Source: a virus (taxonomy: Duplodnaviria; Caudoviricetes). From it: 34,591 bases of DNA. A program made the position numbers and the translations under genes. The stretch spans positions 1-34,591 of IMG/VR virus record IMGVR_UViG_3300032277_000037. One strand, written 5' to 3'. Under the pieces are notes generated by a model that ran no database searches, was not told the origin of the DNA, and was given only the letters and a program-made list of their open reading frames with translations. How positions within the stretch are numbered: the stretch's first letter is position 1; every line of letters begins with the position of its first letter. This document shows positions 32,901-34,591 of this stretch, in pieces.

Positions 32901-34591
32901 ATTACGACTGGTGCGCAGGTTACTTGGAACGAGGGCGTGCAGGAGGCCATAGAAGAAGGCCTTCCAACCCTATTTGTCGAGACTATCCTCACGCAGGTTG
33001 ACCCTGACCGAGATGTGCTTGGTACTGTTGTACAAAACGCTGCGCTAGGCGCTCTCGCTGGTGCGGGCACTGCGGGGGGTATATACACAGGCTCTACATT
33101 GACAGACCTTCTTATTCGTACAGACCCCCGTGCAAGTAAGATCATTAACGACGCGAAGTCTGGAGGTCCCGACGGTACTGGTGGTATGAGCACTACGGAA
33201 GCCGTAACGGCTTTGACTGATTATCTAGATAGCGTTGTAGAAGGCACTGAGTTTGCAGAAGGCGTCGCATATGAAGACCTGCGTAATAACCTGCTGAGCA
33301 CCGTAGACGACAGCTACAACAGTACCGGACAGGTGCTCAATCAGCTCGCCAAGTTCCCCGGTTTTGCTACGACAGAAGAGGAACTCCTAAACCTGACACT
33401 CAATAGTGCTGGGGAAGACGTAATTACATACGTCAACACCTATGTTGACTCCCGCTATTTGAGCGAGGTGGAAGTTCGTGCGGCGGCAGAGGCACAAGGA
33501 CTAGAACTAAGCGACGAAGAGATATTTGAGCGGGTGGGCCGTGTCGAAGACAAAAACGCTGCCAACGAGTACCTAGTAACACAGTTTGATGGCATGAGTG
33601 TTACGAATGATGAGGTGCGTGAAACGTTTGAATCTGAAGGTTATACAGGTTCTGACGACGATCTTGCACAGTTTGCGGGGCAATTCGACGAAGCGGAACA
33701 ACTTGAACTTGCTAGACTCTTCGCGGACTCCAACGTGTTTAATGAAGATGAGGCCATGCAGGCTCTCCTAGATGCGGGGCTTGAATACGATACCGACTCG
33801 CTCGGTAACTTCCTCGGACAACGTGACGAATCTACGGCGATGGCGGAGCTATTGGCAGAAGCCGAAAGCCTAGCCGCAGAACAAACAGCGCTCGAAGCTG
33901 AAAAAGCCAGACTAGCTGAAGAAGCCAGACTAGCTGAGGAAGCCAGACTAGCTGCAGAAGTTGAAAGACTAGCCGCAGAACAAGCAGCTGCGGAACAAGC
34001 AGCTGCCGAAGCAGCTGCCGAAGCAGAAAGACTAGCTGCGGAACAAGCAACTGAAGAAGCGCAGGCCGCTGCCGCTGCCGAAGCTGAACGCCTAGAAGCA
34101 GAAGCGGAAGCCGCGCGCCAAGCAGCCGCAGACGCACAAGCAGCCGCACAAGCAGCCGCAGACGCACAAGCAGCCGCAGAAGCACAAGCAGCCGCAGAAG
34201 CACAAGCAGCCGCAGAAGCGCAAGCAGCCGCAGAAGCGCAAGCAGCCGCAGACGCACAAGCAGCCGCAGAAGCAGCCGCAGCCGCAGAAGCAGCCGCAGC
34301 CGCAGAAGCAGCCGCAGCCGCAGAAACTGGAATCGACGAGACAGTTGATGAGACAGTTGACGAGACAGTTGATGAGACAGTTGACGAGACCACTGACGTA
34401 GACACCGCCATTAATGAGGCCACTGACGTAGACACCGTCATTAATGAGGCCACTGACGTAGACACCGCCATTAATGAGGCCACTGACGTAGGCACCGTCA
34501 TTAATGAGGCCACTGACGTAGACACCGTCATTAATGAGGCCACTGACGTAGACACCGTCATTAATGAGGCCACTGACGTAGACACCGTCAT
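29913..34591 (+). CDS. Giant acidic protein (>1559 aa), probable internal virion/DNA ejection protein; runs off the window
   Basis: Not in the ORF track (no stop). TAATG overlap; begins MPVLVPILIGGGAAAVAVTAGVSVGTAIIIGGGAAILA. The frame is open in the stretches I translated and is in phase with the terminal repeats. Contains Gly/Ala hydrophobic segments, a coiled coil and an EGVQEAIEEG motif. Confidence 0.88.
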   Translation, partial: MPVLVPILIGGGAAAVAVTAGVSVGTAIIIGGGAAILAHETGAADWVYDEIIKPVGDLVVDVFESELGQAVLKIAAVATGNAWAVPLIEGAGTLAQGGDLGDALKAAAISYVAQGVGDVVGEVAGDVVLDATGNAFAATVIGTGSGAAAKAIVYGQDPVQAFVTGGIGAALPALNGYIDEQTGGAFAELPDVARNVLTSTMVRALSGQDITPEAILNAALSAESVTNALKGFVGDVTGYTDGQIAAITSAVQRTASAAFGGGDIDAALASSLNNYANSEFKEWFNTTAAGVAVTETMDKLTGDYQRVEEQARTLEEKVKAHDGAVARYNTLASGLTATGEQLTELETAYERALQNFQANQSEENAIALEEAVAAYNAVSEPFNETYEDVIAEMNSIEASLPGLEAAYEAENEKYNVFLEDLTTNVELANEELKPLYDELDQSFVKFMDPNFDEEAYRRIAGLDADDDAYYHWLTEGKEAGLPTNQAAYDEEYDARFQGVLKNAAEYLGVDVTELNDVQRQALIDLVDASAGGDITALRNTGFAEIAEDFAASDVGSPVLNLSAINSIKSEFETGADIVIDETIADLLTRAGITNFFEGESLIQSDIDALEKTFGDLSAGEAQSDALNASRENVTDEEIANGTAVLKVRQDDGLLEWGKVTFETAYWSKTHNTLVKRIYVEDEIGAEGAFGGRRIVTVNAITGEPVTDALEILITMPVLTTYDDLKDSDPGQWAAIAASLDDTAQAALATQVGQDVVDFINKWDEAGKFDTARDYGGLVAKAGGELLGTMTAFVDITLGFDPNSNPVGAFADDVVEFGAGLQTDEWTEAYERVNAKLAEGEGWEKLGSIWGAFQEAPEQFVAEIIGKEIIQELPWLIISKGAMTGSKEIFRAMGKELSDRAALKVGIGTSASLDIAESFGGAADSAYNEALNTYLAAGMSQEEAESAAMELAQSAGMISAVVTMASFGIGGNDFEKAILGRDSTGTTAEAFDWLTDKITTGAQVTWNEGVQEAIEEGLPTLFVETILTQVDPDRDVLGTVVQNAALGALAGAGTAGGIYTGSTLTDLLIRTDPRASKIINDAKSGGPDGTGGMSTTEAVTALTDYLDSVVEGTEFAEGVAYEDLRNNLLSTVDDSYNSTGQVLNQLAKFPGFATTEEELLNLTLNSAGEDVITYVNTYVDSRYLSEVEVRAAAEAQGLELSDEEIFERVGRVEDKNAANEYLVTQFDGMSVTNDEVRETFESEGYTGSDDDLAQFAGQFDEAEQLELARLFADSNVFNEDEAMQALLDAGLEYDTDSLGNFLGQRDESTAMAELLAEAESLAAEQTALEAEKARLAEEARLAEEARLAAEVERLAAEQAAAEQAAAEAAAEAERLAAEQATEEAQAAAAAEAERLEAEAEAARQAAADAQAAAQAAADAQAAAEAQAAAEAQAAAEAQAAAEAQAAADAQAAAEAAAAAEAAAAAEAAAAAETGIDETVDETVDETVDETVDETTDVDTAINEATDVDTVINEATDVDTAINEATDVGTVINEATDVDTVINEATDVDTVINEATDVDTV
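33903..34591 (+). repeat. In-frame tandem repeat series in the giant ORF
   Basis: 18-bp EARLAE x3 (33903-33956); 18-bp QAAA(D/E)A and AAAAAE units (34119-34325); 12-bp DETV x5 (34335-34391); 30-bp TDVDT(A/V)INEA x6+ (34392-end). Confidence 0.95.

Noticed and set aside
29870-34591. Many minus-strand ORFs including 33641..34591
   Set aside because: Shadows of the single plus-strand giant ORF that the track missed because it has no stop in the window.
1-34591. tRNA genes, integrase/att sites, introns/inteins, stop-codon recoding
   Set aside because: None recognised by eye; TerL, portal and MCP are uninterrupted, and genes pack tightly under the standard code with all three stops in use.

Overview
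About 34.6 kb of a tailed dsDNA phage genome (Caudoviricetes, podovirus-like gene set). Protein motifs weakly suggest an aquatic alphaproteobacterial host. Two divergent arms meet at a ~1.9 kb control region (2426-4305). The leftward early arm carries a 172-aa protein, a 23-aa membrane peptide, two small genes, a DUF3150-like protein and a MoxR-type AAA+ ATPase that runs off the left edge. The rightward late arm carries TerS, TerL, portal, GroES-like protein, scaffold, capsid proteins, a cluster of small basic proteins, head-tail adaptors, fibre/receptor-binding genes, a tail nozzle protein and a lysis cassette. It ends with an acyl carrier protein, a GNAT-like protein and a >1559-aa acidic protein that runs off the right edge. 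The ORF track misses both edge ORFs and five ORFs under 60 aa, which I translated by hand. Most interesting: (1) the translationally coupled ACP / GNAT-like / giant membrane-active protein trio, a candidate phage-encoded fatty-acylation system for an ejection protein; (2) eight copies of a GTTAGTG-N3/4-CACTAAC palindrome confined to the early arm, three of them inside a 44-bp repeat array interleaved with terminators; (3) an iteron/IHF-like origin; (4) a pseudoknotted RNA downstream of the capsid gene; (5) short peptide motifs shared across several virion proteins. Family names come from motif recognition, not database searches.
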